The notes beneath the pieces are model-generated. The model was not told the DNA's origin. It saw only the letters and a program-made list of their open reading frames with translations, and made no database searches. This document shows, piece by piece, positions 12,264 to 22,375 of a stretch of DNA of 64,000 nt. How positions within the stretch are numbered: the first letter of the stretch is position 1; each line of letters starts with the position of its first letter. Source of the DNA: a bacterium. Lineage in GTDB: Bacteria; UBA8248. Position numbers and translations under genes: made by a program. The stretch spans positions 1,728,001 through 1,792,000 of the forward strand of contig CBDBZU010000004.1 in NCBI GenBank assembly GCA_965213625.1, given 5' to 3'.

Positions 12264-13592
12264 ATGGTGGGCAACGGTGATTTTTGGGATCAGCGCATCG
12301 AGCGCATGACGCGAGATGAACTCGCTTCCATGCAACTCGAACGCCTCAAGTGGCAGGTCCGCCGCTGCTATCAAGAATCCGAATTCTATCGGGAACGCCT
12401 CGACGCAGCGGGCGTGGGGCCCGATTCGATCCGCACGCTCGACGATCTGCGGAAAATTCCTTTCGTCACCAAGCAGGAACTCAGAGACGAGCAGCAAAAG
12501 CATCCGCCATTCGGGAGATACACGGTCGCCGAGCCTTCGGCATGGGGGGAGCTTCACCCCTCCACGGGGACGACCGGGGTGCCCGTGAGCACGATATGGA
12601 GCAAGCAAGACGTCGAGAACATCGCGGATTTCACGGCGCGCACGATGTGGAGCTTCGGGGTGCGCCCGGGCGACGTCGTCCAGAACGCTTTCAGCTACGG
12701 TCTGTGGGTCGCCGGAATGAGCGTGCACTACGCCACCCAGAAGATCGGTTGCTTCGTGATTCCCATCGGCGCCGCGATGACGGAACGCCAGATTCTCTAC
12801 CTCACCACCATCGGCTCGACGGTGCTCCTGAGCACGCCTAGCTATGGCTTGTATATCGGCGAGAAACTCACCGAAAGCGGCGTGGCCCCCGGTGATATCC
12901 CACTCAAAATCGGTTCCTTCGGCGGGGAGGCGGGCGCGCAGAACCCATCCACGCGCTCCCGAATCGAGGCCGCCCTCGGCGTCGACGCCTATGATTATTA
13001 CGGGCTGGGCGAGATCGGCCCGACCTTCGCGAGTGAATCGGTGGCGAAGTCGGGACTCATCTGGGCGGAGGATCACCACATTATCGAGGTGGTCGACCCC
13101 CAGACGAAAGAGCCGACGCCCGAAGGCGATGTGGGCATTCTCGTGATTACGCATCTCACGCGCGAGGCCACGCCCATGCTGCGCTACTGGACGAACGATT
13201 TCGCGCGCGTGGACAGCTCTCCCAGCCCATGCGGCAGAACGCACCTGCGCTCGCCGGGAGGCATTCTCGGACGCCATGATGACCTCGTCATCTACAAGGG
13301 GGCGAAATTCTACCCGATTCAGGTGGAAGAAGTGGTGCGGAGTTTCTCCGGTCTCAGCAACGAGTTTCGCGTAGAACTACACCCGGATGATTCGACGGGG
13401 CGGGACCGCTGCGTCGTCGTGGCCGAAGCGGCCGAAGGGGAGGCGAACTTGGGTCTGGGCGATAAGTTGCGCGATAAACTGGGGTCGGAACTCCTGGTGA
13501 CGCCCGAGGTGGAGGTTTTGCCCGCGGGCTCTTTCGAGCGAACGACGTTCAAGGCGAAAAGGTTCGTGGATCTGCGCGAATCGCGCGTATGA
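12264..13592 (+). CDS. Phenylacetate-CoA ligase family acyl-CoA synthetase
   Basis: STGTTG, FSYGLW, TPSY, YGLGE, EATPMLRY, GRHDD, KAKRF; ATG at 12264. Confidence 0.88.
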   Translation: MVGNGDFWDQRIERMTRDELASMQLERLKWQVRRCYQESEFYRERLDAAGVGPDSIRTLDDLRKIPFVTKQELRDEQQKHPPFGRYTVAEPSAWGELHPSTGTTGVPVSTIWSKQDVENIADFTARTMWSFGVRPGDVVQNAFSYGLWVAGMSVHYATQKIGCFVIPIGAAMTERQILYLTTIGSTVLLSTPSYGLYIGEKLTESGVAPGDIPLKIGSFGGEAGAQNPSTRSRIEAALGVDAYDYYGLGEIGPTFASESVAKSGLIWAEDHHIIEVVDPQTKEPTPEGDVGILVITHLTREATPMLRYWTNDFARVDSSPSPCGRTHLRSPGGILGRHDDLVIYKGAKFYPIQVEEVVRSFSGLSNEFRVELHPDDSTGRDRCVVVAEAAEGEANLGLGDKLRDKLGSELLVTPEVEVLPAGSFERTTFKAKRFVDLRESRV

Positions 13593-13612
13593 ATACAGCG
13601 AGGGGGTGAGAC

Positions 13613-14773
13613 GTGCGCGGCGTATCGATTATCGGAGTGGGCATCACGCCCTTCGGGGTGCGGGAGGAGAGCCTCGTCGCCCTGGGGGCTATCGCTTGCA
13701 GGAGTGCGCTTGAGGACGCCGGTCTCGCGCCAGAACAAATCGACGCGTTTTTTCTGGGGAATTTCGCGGGCCAGGCCTTCGTCGGCCAGAACCACATCGC
13801 GCCCATGGTGGCGCACGCGGCGGGGCTGGGCGCGGTGCCCTGCACCCGTCTCGAGGGCGCTTGCGCCTCGGGCGGACTCGCCATGCGCCAGGGGGTGCTG
13901 GCGGTGGCTTCGGGCCAGGTGGATTTCGCGCTCATCGCAGGGGTGGAGAAGATGACCTCGGCGGAGACGGACGAGACGGCCTCCATCCTCGCCGCCGCCG
14001 GGGACGTGGCGGTGGAGGCGAGCGTCGGCTCCACGTTTCCCGCCCTTTTCGGCCTCATCGCCAGACGCCACATGCACGAGCACGGGACGACGCGCGAGGA
14101 GATCGCCCACGTGGCGGTGAAAAATCACGCCCACGGCAAACTGAACCCGAACGCGCACATGCAAAAAGACGTAACGCTCCCCCAGGTCATGGACGCCAAG
14201 CCCGTAGCCGAGCCGCTCGGGCTTTTTGATTGCTCGCTCATCAGCGACGGCGCGGCGGCCGTAGTGCTGTGTCCGACCGAATCGGCTTCTTCGCATCACG
14301 AAAAACCCGTCGAGATTCTCGCGTCGGCGCAGGCATCGGATTCACCCGCACTATCCGACAAGCGCGACATCACGTCGTTTTACGCCACGCAAAAAGCGGG
14401 AGAGGAGGCCTTCTCCCAGGCGGGGCTGAGCCGCGAGGACGTCGACCTGGCCGAGATTCACGATTGCTTCACAGTCGCCGAGATCATCGCGCTCGAGGAT
14501 TTGGGATTCTTCGCCAAAGGCGAGGGGGGCCGCGGCGCGCTCGAGGGAATGACGAAGCTCGGCGGCGCGATGCCGGTGAATACCAGCGGCGGCCTGAAAT
14601 CGAAAGGCCATCCGGTGGGGGCGACGGGCGTGGCCCAGATTCATGAACTCACGCTTCAGTTGCGCGGAGAGGCGGGCGCGCGCCAGGTTCCGGGCGCCGA
14701 AGTGGCCCTGGCCCACAATCTGGGGGGCTCTGGCGCCACGTGCGCCGTGCACATCCTGGGGTCGACCTCCTGA
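13613..14773 (+). CDS. Thiolase-domain protein (SCP2/archaeal type)
   Basis: GACASG, AVKNH, DCSLISDGAAA, EIHDCF, SGGLKSKGHPVGATG. Confidence 0.9.
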   Translation: MRGVSIIGVGITPFGVREESLVALGAIACRSALEDAGLAPEQIDAFFLGNFAGQAFVGQNHIAPMVAHAAGLGAVPCTRLEGACASGGLAMRQGVLAVASGQVDFALIAGVEKMTSAETDETASILAAAGDVAVEASVGSTFPALFGLIARRHMHEHGTTREEIAHVAVKNHAHGKLNPNAHMQKDVTLPQVMDAKPVAEPLGLFDCSLISDGAAAVVLCPTESASSHHEKPVEILASAQASDSPALSDKRDITSFYATQKAGEEAFSQAGLSREDVDLAEIHDCFTVAEIIALEDLGFFAKGEGGRGALEGMTKLGGAMPVNTSGGLKSKGHPVGATGVAQIHELTLQLRGEAGARQVPGAEVALAHNLGGSGATCAVHILGSTS

Positions 14774-14811
14774 ACGAAGGTCGACCGGCTGAGCGCAGAA
14801 AGGTTGGATGA

Positions 14812-15123
14812 TTGCGCATGGAGACGTATGTTTGCGCCGGATGCCGCCGGATTTATCTGGAGAAGTCGAAGCGTTGCGGGCATTGCGACGCAGAGATGGA
14901 GGAGAGGCAAGCCTCGGGGCGGGGAGTCGTCTACAGCTTTTCATCGGTACACATGGGCGCCCAGGGGCTGCCGACGCCCTACCTGCTCGCTCTGGTGGAA
15001 TTGGAAGAGGGGGGGCGTATTCTCGCCCGTCTGGCGGATGACGATGAACCTGAGCCGTCCATCGGCGATTCAGTGGTTTTTTCCGGCCTTTCGGATACCG
15101 GACCGGTCTTTCGGAAGCTTTGA
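14812..15123 (+). CDS. DUF35 Zn-ribbon/OB-fold protein
   Basis: CAGC..CGHC, GRGVVYSFS, LVELEEGGR; follows thiolase. Confidence 0.85.
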   Translation: MRMETYVCAGCRRIYLEKSKRCGHCDAEMEERQASGRGVVYSFSSVHMGAQGLPTPYLLALVELEEGGRILARLADDDEPEPSIGDSVVFSGLSDTGPVFRKL

Positions 15124-15129
15124 GGGTTT

Positions 15130-16521
15130 GTGCAGGTGAGTGCAATCGATAAGGAAGCGACACGCGCCAAGGCGCTATTCGTGGGCCACATTACGCCGGG
15201 TAGAGAGGGTTTGCTCGGCGGCTTGCGGAACATCGGCATGGAGACGCTTTATTTCGATTCGCCGCATAAGGCGCGCGCGCGCACGAATTGGTGCGATTTC
15301 ATTCTTTACGGGGCGGCCGACCCCGCCGAGGCGGCTCCGATGCGAAGGATTGCGGAGACCGGCAAACCTTTCGCCGCAGTGCTGCGCCCCGAGGACAAGG
15401 GGTTCACGCCCTTGAGCATCCGCGCGGGCGCGCGGAGCGTTTTCGTCGACGAAGTGCATCCCGAAGAAGTGTTTCAGTTCTCCCGAACGTTGAGTGAGGA
15501 GGGGAATCTTCGCAGGGAGCTCAGGTGGCTTCGCACCGAGGCGAGGGAAGAGCATGGTGGATGGCGGTTCGTGGGAACGAGCGCAGCGGCCGAGAGGCTC
15601 AGGCGTTCGATTCAGCGCGCGGGGCAGAAATACAGCTCTATTCTTCTCGAGGGGGAGAAAGGGCTGAATTTTCAGCTCGTCGCCCGCGCACTGCATTCCC
15701 AGCATCCGGGGGCGCGGCAACCGTTTTTGCATTGGGGGCCGAAAATGAAGCGCGCCTCGATACTGGACAAGGCCATCAAGCGTATGGAGGACAAGCGCGG
15801 TGAAGAGGGTGACATCGTCGAAAAGGGGGGGACGCTCTTCATCGAAGACGCTCAGTTCATCGGCAGGGATCTCCAGAAGGCGCTGGCCAGGGTTTTGCGG
15901 AAAAAAAGTCTCTCGAGGGAGTTTCGCGTGATATTCGGCTGCACGCACGACCCCGAAAGACTGATACAGGACAAAATCCTCAAGCGTCTGTACAGCGAGG
16001 AAACGACTTGTTTCATCAAGATTCCTCCGCTGCGTGACAGGAAAAAGGACATTGCACTCGTGGCCCAGGGGGTTCTGGATGAATTCTCGAGCCGCATCGG
16101 GCAGCCGAGAAGGCGGATTACGCCCGCGGCGATGGATTGGTTCTCCGGACAGGAGTGGTGGGGAAATGAATCCGAACTCGAGATGGCCGTGTGCCGCGCC
16201 TTTCTCGTGAGCGAGGGTAACTCGATTTCACTCGATGACTTGAGTTCCTCTCCCCGAAGGAATAGCGGTGGCGGCGACATCGAGGGCTTTTTCCGAGAAA
16301 GGCTCTCCTCGGTGGTCACCGCCCTGGGTGACGGGGAGAGCAGCGACTTCTATGATCACACCATCCGCAGCGTTGAAAAACCCCTCCTCGAACTGGTGCT
16401 CCGCGAAGCGGGCGGAAACCAGGTGCAGGCGTCGCGTCTGCTGGGCATGAACCGCAACACGCTGAGAAGAAAACTCCTGGAATTCGGACTCACCAAGTCC
16501 TCCCCCTCTCGCCGGAGATAA
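15130..16521 (+). CDS. Degenerate NtrC-like/Fis-family regulator
   Basis: VARALH, GGTLFIED, IPPLRDRKKDI, WWGNESEL, intact HTH GGNQVQASRLLGMNRNTLRRKL; no GAFTGA. Confidence 0.75.
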   Translation: MQVSAIDKEATRAKALFVGHITPGREGLLGGLRNIGMETLYFDSPHKARARTNWCDFILYGAADPAEAAPMRRIAETGKPFAAVLRPEDKGFTPLSIRAGARSVFVDEVHPEEVFQFSRTLSEEGNLRRELRWLRTEAREEHGGWRFVGTSAAAERLRRSIQRAGQKYSSILLEGEKGLNFQLVARALHSQHPGARQPFLHWGPKMKRASILDKAIKRMEDKRGEEGDIVEKGGTLFIEDAQFIGRDLQKALARVLRKKSLSREFRVIFGCTHDPERLIQDKILKRLYSEETTCFIKIPPLRDRKKDIALVAQGVLDEFSSRIGQPRRRITPAAMDWFSGQEWWGNESELEMAVCRAFLVSEGNSISLDDLSSSPRRNSGGGDIEGFFRERLSSVVTALGDGESSDFYDHTIRSVEKPLLELVLREAGGNQVQASRLLGMNRNTLRRKLLEFGLTKSSPSRRR

Positions 16522-16526
16522 ATTTT

Positions 16527-17288
16527 TTGGCGCATCGAGGCGATGGGTTCGCCGCCGTGATCCTTGCCGCCGGCCAGGGCAAGCGCATGGAATCCCCGCT
16601 GGCGAAAGTGCTGCATCCCGTGGGTGGACAGCCCATGATCCGCCACGTCGTGAACACCGTGAGAGAGGCGGGCGCCCGGCCCGTCGTCATCGTCGTGGGT
16701 CATCAGGCCGGCGGCGTTCGCGAGGTGTTTTCGGGAGATGATGCGGATATCGTATTTGCCGTTCAGGAGGAGCAACACGGCACGGGCCATGCCGCCGAGG
16801 TCGGCTTGTCCGTCCTGTCGGCCGAGGCGAAACATCTATATCTCCTGTGCGGCGATGCGCCCCTGATACGGACCGCCACCTTGAGGCAGCTGGCCCGCTT
16901 CCATGAAGAGGCGGGCGTGGCGGCCACCATGCTCACGGCCACCGCGGGGGAGCCGTACGGGTATGGCCGCGTGGTGCGCGAGGGGGCGGAACTCATCGGC
17001 GTGGTGGAAGAAGCGGACGCGACGGATGCGCAGAAGAAAATTACCGAGATCAACACGGGCGCCTACGCCTTCGAAGCTGCTTTCCTGCGAGCCGCCCTGC
17101 CGAGAATCAGGGCCGAGAACAACCAGGGGGAGTTCTATCTGCCAGATGTTTTCCCCATTGCGCGCGCCGAGGGCCGCGCCATCCTGGGACTTGACCTGGT
17201 GACGCCCGAAGAAGCGCTGGGTGTGAATACGAAAGCGGATTTGCGCCGCGCGCAGGAGTTCTACGAGAAGCGCCGACTCAATACCTGA
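16527..17288 (+). CDS. UDP-GlcNAc pyrophosphorylase (GlmU N-terminal domain only)
   Basis: LAAGQGKRM, KVLH, QEEQHGTGHA, GDAPLI, GYGRV, EINTG, NNQGEFYLPD, GVN; ends before any LbH domain. Confidence 0.85.
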   Translation: MAHRGDGFAAVILAAGQGKRMESPLAKVLHPVGGQPMIRHVVNTVREAGARPVVIVVGHQAGGVREVFSGDDADIVFAVQEEQHGTGHAAEVGLSVLSAEAKHLYLLCGDAPLIRTATLRQLARFHEEAGVAATMLTATAGEPYGYGRVVREGAELIGVVEEADATDAQKKITEINTGAYAFEAAFLRAALPRIRAENNQGEFYLPDVFPIARAEGRAILGLDLVTPEEALGVNTKADLRRAQEFYEKRRLNT

Positions 17289-17309
17289 TGCGCGCATCGC
17301 CGCCCGATT

Positions 17310-17318
17310 TGCTATAAT
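17310..17318 (+). promoter_or_regulatory. Extended -10 promoter element upstream of the nucleotidyltransferase-glmS operon
   Basis: TGCTATAAT (TGn-TATAAT) about 80 nt before the GTG at 17396. Confidence 0.5.
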
Positions 17319-17395
17319 TTCCCGCGCAAGATAGAAAAAACGAGAGGAATCGCCCGTTTCGGGGCAATTTTGAGCGAATTTCAGAAAGGTGTCTC

Positions 17396-18601
17396 GTGAG
17401 AGCATTGATTCTGGCGGCCGGCCGCGGGGCCGGTTTATACCCGTTTACGAATACCCGGCCGAAGGCGATGCTGCCGATGGCGGGTGAGATGCTCCTGCAT
17501 TCGGCGCTCAAGAAAATACGCGCCGCAGGCGTAAGCGATCTGGTCGTCGTCGTGGGGCACCGCGCCGACAGGATCATCAACGAATTCGGGCAGGGTTCGC
17601 GCTACGGGATGACGATTCAGTACATCCGCCAGGAAGAGCCCACGGGAATCTGCGACGCCATCAGCCTCGCGAAAGGGCATTTCCAGGAAGATGAGTCGTT
17701 TTTGCTCGTCTATGCGGACGTGCTGGCGTCCGAGAACATGTACCGTCAGGTCGTGCAGGCGTTCGGCACGTTTCAACAGCCCGTGGCGGCGATTTGCCAC
17801 ACGCCCCACGCACAGAACTACGGGACGGTCTATCTCGGCAAGGATATGCAGATAGAGCGCCTGGTGGAAAAGCCCGTGGAGCGCGAGGTGGGCAACTACG
17901 TTCTGGCCGGCGTGTTCGTCATGCCCTACCGGCTGTTCGATCTGCTGGAGCGCCTTCAGATGGACGAGGCGTTCAACGAATTGTGCGCGGGCGAGGGAAT
18001 CCGTTCCTCGATTTGGGAGGAACCCTGGCTGGACGCCCAGCACCCCTGGGACCTGCTCAAGGGCAACCAGATGGTCATGGACACCTGGAGCGAAGCCCGC
18101 GTGGACGGAAGCGTGCGGCTCCGGGGCGCGGTGCAGTTTCGCGGGCCTGTGATGATCGAAAAGAACGTGGTGATCGAGTCGGGCGCCTCCATCTTCGGCC
18201 CTTGCTTCATCGGGGAGAACACGTTTCTAGGGAACGGGGTTCTGGTGCGCCCCTATACGGCCATTGGAGCGAACGCGACCATCGGCTTCGGCGTGGAGCT
18301 TAAGAACTGCATCCTGTTCAACGGCGTTCGCGTGGGACGCCTCTCCTTCGTGGGCGACAGCGTCGTCGGCGAGGACGCCGTGGTGGGTTCGGGGACGATA
18401 ACGCTGACCCAGGAACTGGACCCGGCCCCCGTCGTTGTGCGCATGCCGGAGGGAGAGGTCGATTCGGGCCTCGAGAAGGTGGGCTCGTTCCTGGGAGACG
18501 GGGCGCAGGTGGGCGCTTCGAATACGCTGGCCTCGGGCACCGTCGTCCCGCCCGGCGAGGTCGTTCCGCATCACTACACCTACCCGCGGGGAGAGAACTA
18601 G
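17396..18601 (+). CDS. Bifunctional sugar-1-phosphate nucleotidyltransferase/acetyltransferase (archaeal GlmU-like)
   Basis: LAAGRG..PFTNTRPKAML, VEKP, PWDLL, C-terminal hexapeptide LbH (GFGVELKN, LSFVGDSV). Confidence 0.8.
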   Translation: MRALILAAGRGAGLYPFTNTRPKAMLPMAGEMLLHSALKKIRAAGVSDLVVVVGHRADRIINEFGQGSRYGMTIQYIRQEEPTGICDAISLAKGHFQEDESFLLVYADVLASENMYRQVVQAFGTFQQPVAAICHTPHAQNYGTVYLGKDMQIERLVEKPVEREVGNYVLAGVFVMPYRLFDLLERLQMDEAFNELCAGEGIRSSIWEEPWLDAQHPWDLLKGNQMVMDTWSEARVDGSVRLRGAVQFRGPVMIEKNVVIESGASIFGPCFIGENTFLGNGVLVRPYTAIGANATIGFGVELKNCILFNGVRVGRLSFVGDSVVGEDAVVGSGTITLTQELDPAPVVVRMPEGEVDSGLEKVGSFLGDGAQVGASNTLASGTVVPPGEVVPHHYTYPRGEN

Positions 18602-18602
18602 C

Positions 18603-20426
18603 ATGTGCGGCATCGCGGGCATGGCGGCGAGCGCGAACGTCTCGCAAAAGCTTCTGCGCTCCATCGCGTCCCTGGAGTACCGGGGTTACGACTCCTGCGG
18701 CATGGCCGTTCAAAGAAACGGCGCGATAGACATCCGCAAGAACGTGGGCACCGTGGAGACGGTGAACGCCCTCGAGCGCTTCACCGACATGAAGGGCCTC
18801 GTGGGCATCGCGCATACGCGCTGGGCGACGCACGGAGGGGTGACGCAGGCGAACGCGCACCCTCACGCGGACAACGAAAGCCGTCTGGCCGTGGTCCACA
18901 ACGGCATCATCTCGAACTACAAGGAACTGAGAGAGAGGCTTTCGCGCGAGGGCGCCGCGTTCCGCTCCGAGACGGATTCCGAGGTTATCGCGCATCTGGT
19001 GGCGCAGAAAATCGCGCGAAACGGACAGGACGTGGAGGAGGGATTCGTCGAGGCGATAGACGAGCTAGAGGGCACCTTCGCCCTGGCGGTCATATCGGTC
19101 GACGCGCCGGGGCGGATTCTCTGCGTGAAGCGCGAATCGCCCCTCATCATCGGACTGGGGGACGACGCCAACTACGTGGGGTCGGATTTCAGCGCGTTCT
19201 TCGAGTACACCCGACGGGCGATCATCATGGAAGACGGCGAATACGCGCTCATCACCCCGGAGAGCTACGCGGTCAAGAGCCTGCTCACCAGAGAACGCGT
19301 CGACAAGGAAGTCACCGAGATCGAATGGGACGCGGAAAAAGCCCGCCGGGGCGGCTACCCCCATTTCATGCTCAAGGAGATTTACGACCAGCCTACCACC
19401 GTCCAGGCCGCCCTCCAGATTCCAAGGGAAGATTTAAAGTCTCTGGCGGCGATGATTCACGAATCGCGGCAATGTTTTCTGGGCGGCGTGGGGACGACCT
19501 TCTACATCGCGTCGATGGGGCAGTATTTCTTCAGCCGTCTGGGGGGGCGATATCTGCCCGTCGTCAGCACGGACGAGTTCGCCCACATCGCGGAAATGGG
19601 CCCCGAAGACGGATTTTGCGCCATCAGCCAGTCGGGGGAGACCTACGATACACTGAGCGCGCTGCGCCATGCGAAAGCGAGCGGGGCCAGGACGGCGGGC
19701 ATCGTGAACGTGATGGGCTCCACCCTGGTGCGATCGGTGGACGTGCCGATTCTCCAGGGCGCGGGACCCGAAAAATGCGTCATCAGCACCAAGACGGCCC
19801 TGAGCCAGGCGGTCGTATTGCTGCTCGCCTCGCTGGAACTGGGACTGCTTGCGGGGCGCATGAGCGAGGCGGAGGTCGCTGCGCTCCGGGAGGAGGTCGC
19901 CACCTTGTCCGACCTCGTGCTGGAGACGCTCAACGAGCGCTCGGGCTATTTCCACACGGCAGCGTACGCGCACCAGCACATGAAGAACTGGCTCTACCTG
20001 GGCCGCGGCATCTATTATCCCGCGGCGCTCGAATGCGCGCTCAAGATGAAGGAAGTCACCTACCTCCACGCGGAGGGGATGAGTGCGGGCTTCCTCAAGC
20101 ACGGCACCATCTCCCTCATCGACGAGAACATGTACACCATCGTCCTGATGCCCACGCCCGAAGAGGCCGAACTGCACGCGCTCACCAGGAGCAGTGCGGA
20201 AGAAGTCCGCGCGCGCGGCGGCTTCGTGCTGGGCTACCGCTTCGAGGGAGACGAGGTGGTGGAGGGGCTGTTCAGCGAAGAAATTGTGCTTCCGAGGGTA
20301 TCCCCCCTGCTTGCGCCCTTCCTGCACCTGGTCTCGGGACAGTTGCTCGCCTACTTCCTCGCGGTGGCCTTGAAGCGCGACGTCGACAGGCCGCGCGCCC
20401 TGGCGAAATCCGTCACCGTCGCCTAA
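18603..20426 (+). CDS. glmS: Glutamine-fructose-6-phosphate transaminase
   Basis: MCGI start (ATG 18603), LEYRGYDS, HTRWATHG, HNGII, SQSGET, LKHG, LAKSVTV. Confidence 0.95.
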   Translation: MCGIAGMAASANVSQKLLRSIASLEYRGYDSCGMAVQRNGAIDIRKNVGTVETVNALERFTDMKGLVGIAHTRWATHGGVTQANAHPHADNESRLAVVHNGIISNYKELRERLSREGAAFRSETDSEVIAHLVAQKIARNGQDVEEGFVEAIDELEGTFALAVISVDAPGRILCVKRESPLIIGLGDDANYVGSDFSAFFEYTRRAIIMEDGEYALITPESYAVKSLLTRERVDKEVTEIEWDAEKARRGGYPHFMLKEIYDQPTTVQAALQIPREDLKSLAAMIHESRQCFLGGVGTTFYIASMGQYFFSRLGGRYLPVVSTDEFAHIAEMGPEDGFCAISQSGETYDTLSALRHAKASGARTAGIVNVMGSTLVRSVDVPILQGAGPEKCVISTKTALSQAVVLLLASLELGLLAGRMSEAEVAALREEVATLSDLVLETLNERSGYFHTAAYAHQHMKNWLYLGRGIYYPAALECALKMKEVTYLHAEGMSAGFLKHGTISLIDENMYTIVLMPTPEEAELHALTRSSAEEVRARGGFVLGYRFEGDEVVEGLFSEEIVLPRVSPLLAPFLHLVSGQLLAYFLAVALKRDVDRPRALAKSVTVA

Positions 20427-20443
20427 GGACGCGTACTCCCAAA

Positions 20444-22375
20444 ATGCCGAACGCGAAGTTTCAGGGAACGGACGGGGTTCGCGGCCTCGCCGTGGATGAA
20501 CAGCACCCGCAGGCGGTGGGGGTCGACCCACGCGCGGCGTATCTGGAAAACGGGGTCCTGACGCCCCGGTTCATCGAGCACTACGTCTTTGAAGCGGGTA
20601 AATGGCTACTGGAGCGAGCTTCCGAAGGGCTCATTTCTCCCACGGCGGTCGCGCTGGCCTGGGACCCGAGGGACGTGGAGGGAGAATTATCCGCTGCTTG
20701 CGTGAATGGTCTCCTGCGGGCAGGCGCGCACGTGCTCTCGTTGGGCGTGATGCCCACACCTGTGGCGGCGGCCTATCTGGCGGGCGTGGGCGGAGCGGGC
20801 GCGGTGGTCCTCACCGCCTCTCATAACCCCGCGGAACAAAACGGCGTAAAAATCCTGTCGGCTCCCGACTCGATGAAGCCCTTGCCGGATGAGGATGCGG
20901 CGTTAAGCGCCCGCGTCTGGGCGAGTGAATGGAGCGCGGTTGCACAAACGCCCGAGAGCGGACACGGGGTGGAAGCAGCCGCCGAGGCGCGCGCGTTTTA
21001 TGTGGACTACGTCACCCGGCTTCCCAACGCCTGGCTGCGCGAGGGCGACCTCGCCCGGTGGAGCCTCGTGGTGGACCCGGCGGCAGGGGCCTGGAGCGGT
21101 GTGGCCGCACAGGTGCTGGAGGAGTCAGGCCCTCTGAACGTGTGTGAGGTGAACGGTTTGAGTGAGGGCCGCGTGAATGAGAACGGCGGCGTGGTCGCGC
21201 TCGAGGGCAGGCGCATCATCGAAGGAGAGGATGCCTGTTTCATCGCCGGTCACGCGGGCGCGGGCGCGCTTTTTGAGGTTGGCCGTGCGCGGCGCGAGGA
21301 GCTTAAAAGAGGCGATGGGCTGGCGGCTGCCTGTGTCCTGGACGCAGACGGCGACAGGGGCTACACCCTCGTCTACAATCCGTTTCGGGACGCGCTCCAT
21401 ATCCTGGACGGGGACGACGCGCTCGTCCTACAGGCCCGTTTTCTGCAAGGAGAGGGCGAATTGCCCGGTGGGGGCGTGGCCGCCATCACGATAGAGAGTG
21501 ATTCGGGCGCGGCGGCGGCTCTGGCCGAGACGGGGCTTCGGGTCGTCTTCACCCCCGTGGGGGATAAGTGGATATTGAACGAGGCGCGCAGATGGGGCGA
21601 CCGATTCGCGCTCGGCGGTGAGGAATCCGGCCACACGGTTGCGCCGGGGCTGCTCGTGAACGCGGTGGGCGAGGGGCGCAGGATCGCGGTGGGAGACGGT
21701 CTCAAGAGTTTCCTGAACACCTGCGCTGCGGTGCGTAGCCTTTTCGATGAGGTGAGCGCCGAAGAATCGTATGCCGCCATCGCCGCGCCGTTTCCCCGGG
21801 GGTTCAAGAGGTCTTATTATGCCTACCATGTGGAGCGGAGCCGTTTTTCGCCGGGTACGGAGGCGTGGGAGGCCATTGCCAAGAAACTGATGGAAGGCGC
21901 TGCAAAAGTATTCTCGGGCGCAGCCGCCCCGCGCTTTGCGCCTTTGGAGGATGACGCGGGCGTCATGTATCTCGCCCTGGTAGACGAGGCGGGCGGGCCG
22001 CTGGGTTCGATTTATGTGAGAAACTCAGGGACCGAGAGCAGGACGGGCGTAGTGATGAGAGGCCCCGCCGAATGGGAAGAAATGCTCTGCGCAGTGGGGG
22101 AAGAGGTGCTGCGCGAGATTCTGGTGCGTATGAAGGACAATGACGCTCCCGGCGCGCGGGCGGAGGCGTGTCTGCTGGAGGCCTTGCGCGAGCGCGAGAT
22201 GGACGCTGTGGCGGCGGATACGCTTTTGGAATCGGACGCCGAGACACGCTTCGGCGCTCCCCTCAGCCCGCCCGACATACGAAAAGAGGTTCTGCGCGGC
22301 GGCTTGGCGCAAGAAGAGGCCGGAACATTCAGCATCACGCCGCTGGGCGAGTGGTATCTGGAGCAGAAAAAATGA
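20444..22375 (+). CDS. Phosphoglucosamine mutase/phosphohexomutase-like protein, extended
   Basis: GTDGVRG, TASHNP phosphoserine loop, DADGDR metal loop, VGDKWI, GGEESGH, RNSGTE; true start ATG 20444. Confidence 0.8.
   Translation: MPNAKFQGTDGVRGLAVDEQHPQAVGVDPRAAYLENGVLTPRFIEHYVFEAGKWLLERASEGLISPTAVALAWDPRDVEGELSAACVNGLLRAGAHVLSLGVMPTPVAAAYLAGVGGAGAVVLTASHNPAEQNGVKILSAPDSMKPLPDEDAALSARVWASEWSAVAQTPESGHGVEAAAEARAFYVDYVTRLPNAWLREGDLARWSLVVDPAAGAWSGVAAQVLEESGPLNVCEVNGLSEGRVNENGGVVALEGRRIIEGEDACFIAGHAGAGALFEVGRARREELKRGDGLAAACVLDADGDRGYTLVYNPFRDALHILDGDDALVLQARFLQGEGELPGGGVAAITIESDSGAAAALAETGLRVVFTPVGDKWILNEARRWGDRFALGGEESGHTVAPGLLVNAVGEGRRIAVGDGLKSFLNTCAAVRSLFDEVSAEESYAAIAAPFPRGFKRSYYAYHVERSRFSPGTEAWEAIAKKLMEGAAKVFSGAAAPRFAPLEDDAGVMYLALVDEAGGPLGSIYVRNSGTESRTGVVMRGPAEWEEMLCAVGEEVLREILVRMKDNDAPGARAEACLLEALREREMDAVAADTLLESDAETRFGAPLSPPDIRKEVLRGGLAQEEAGTFSITPLGEWYLEQKK

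Noticed and set aside
18605-20443. 1256-aa ORF suggesting a giant GlmS-overlapping fusion
   Set aside because: The first 613 codons are an Arg/Gly-rich off-frame shadow of GC3-rich glmS; mutase motifs begin at ATG 20444
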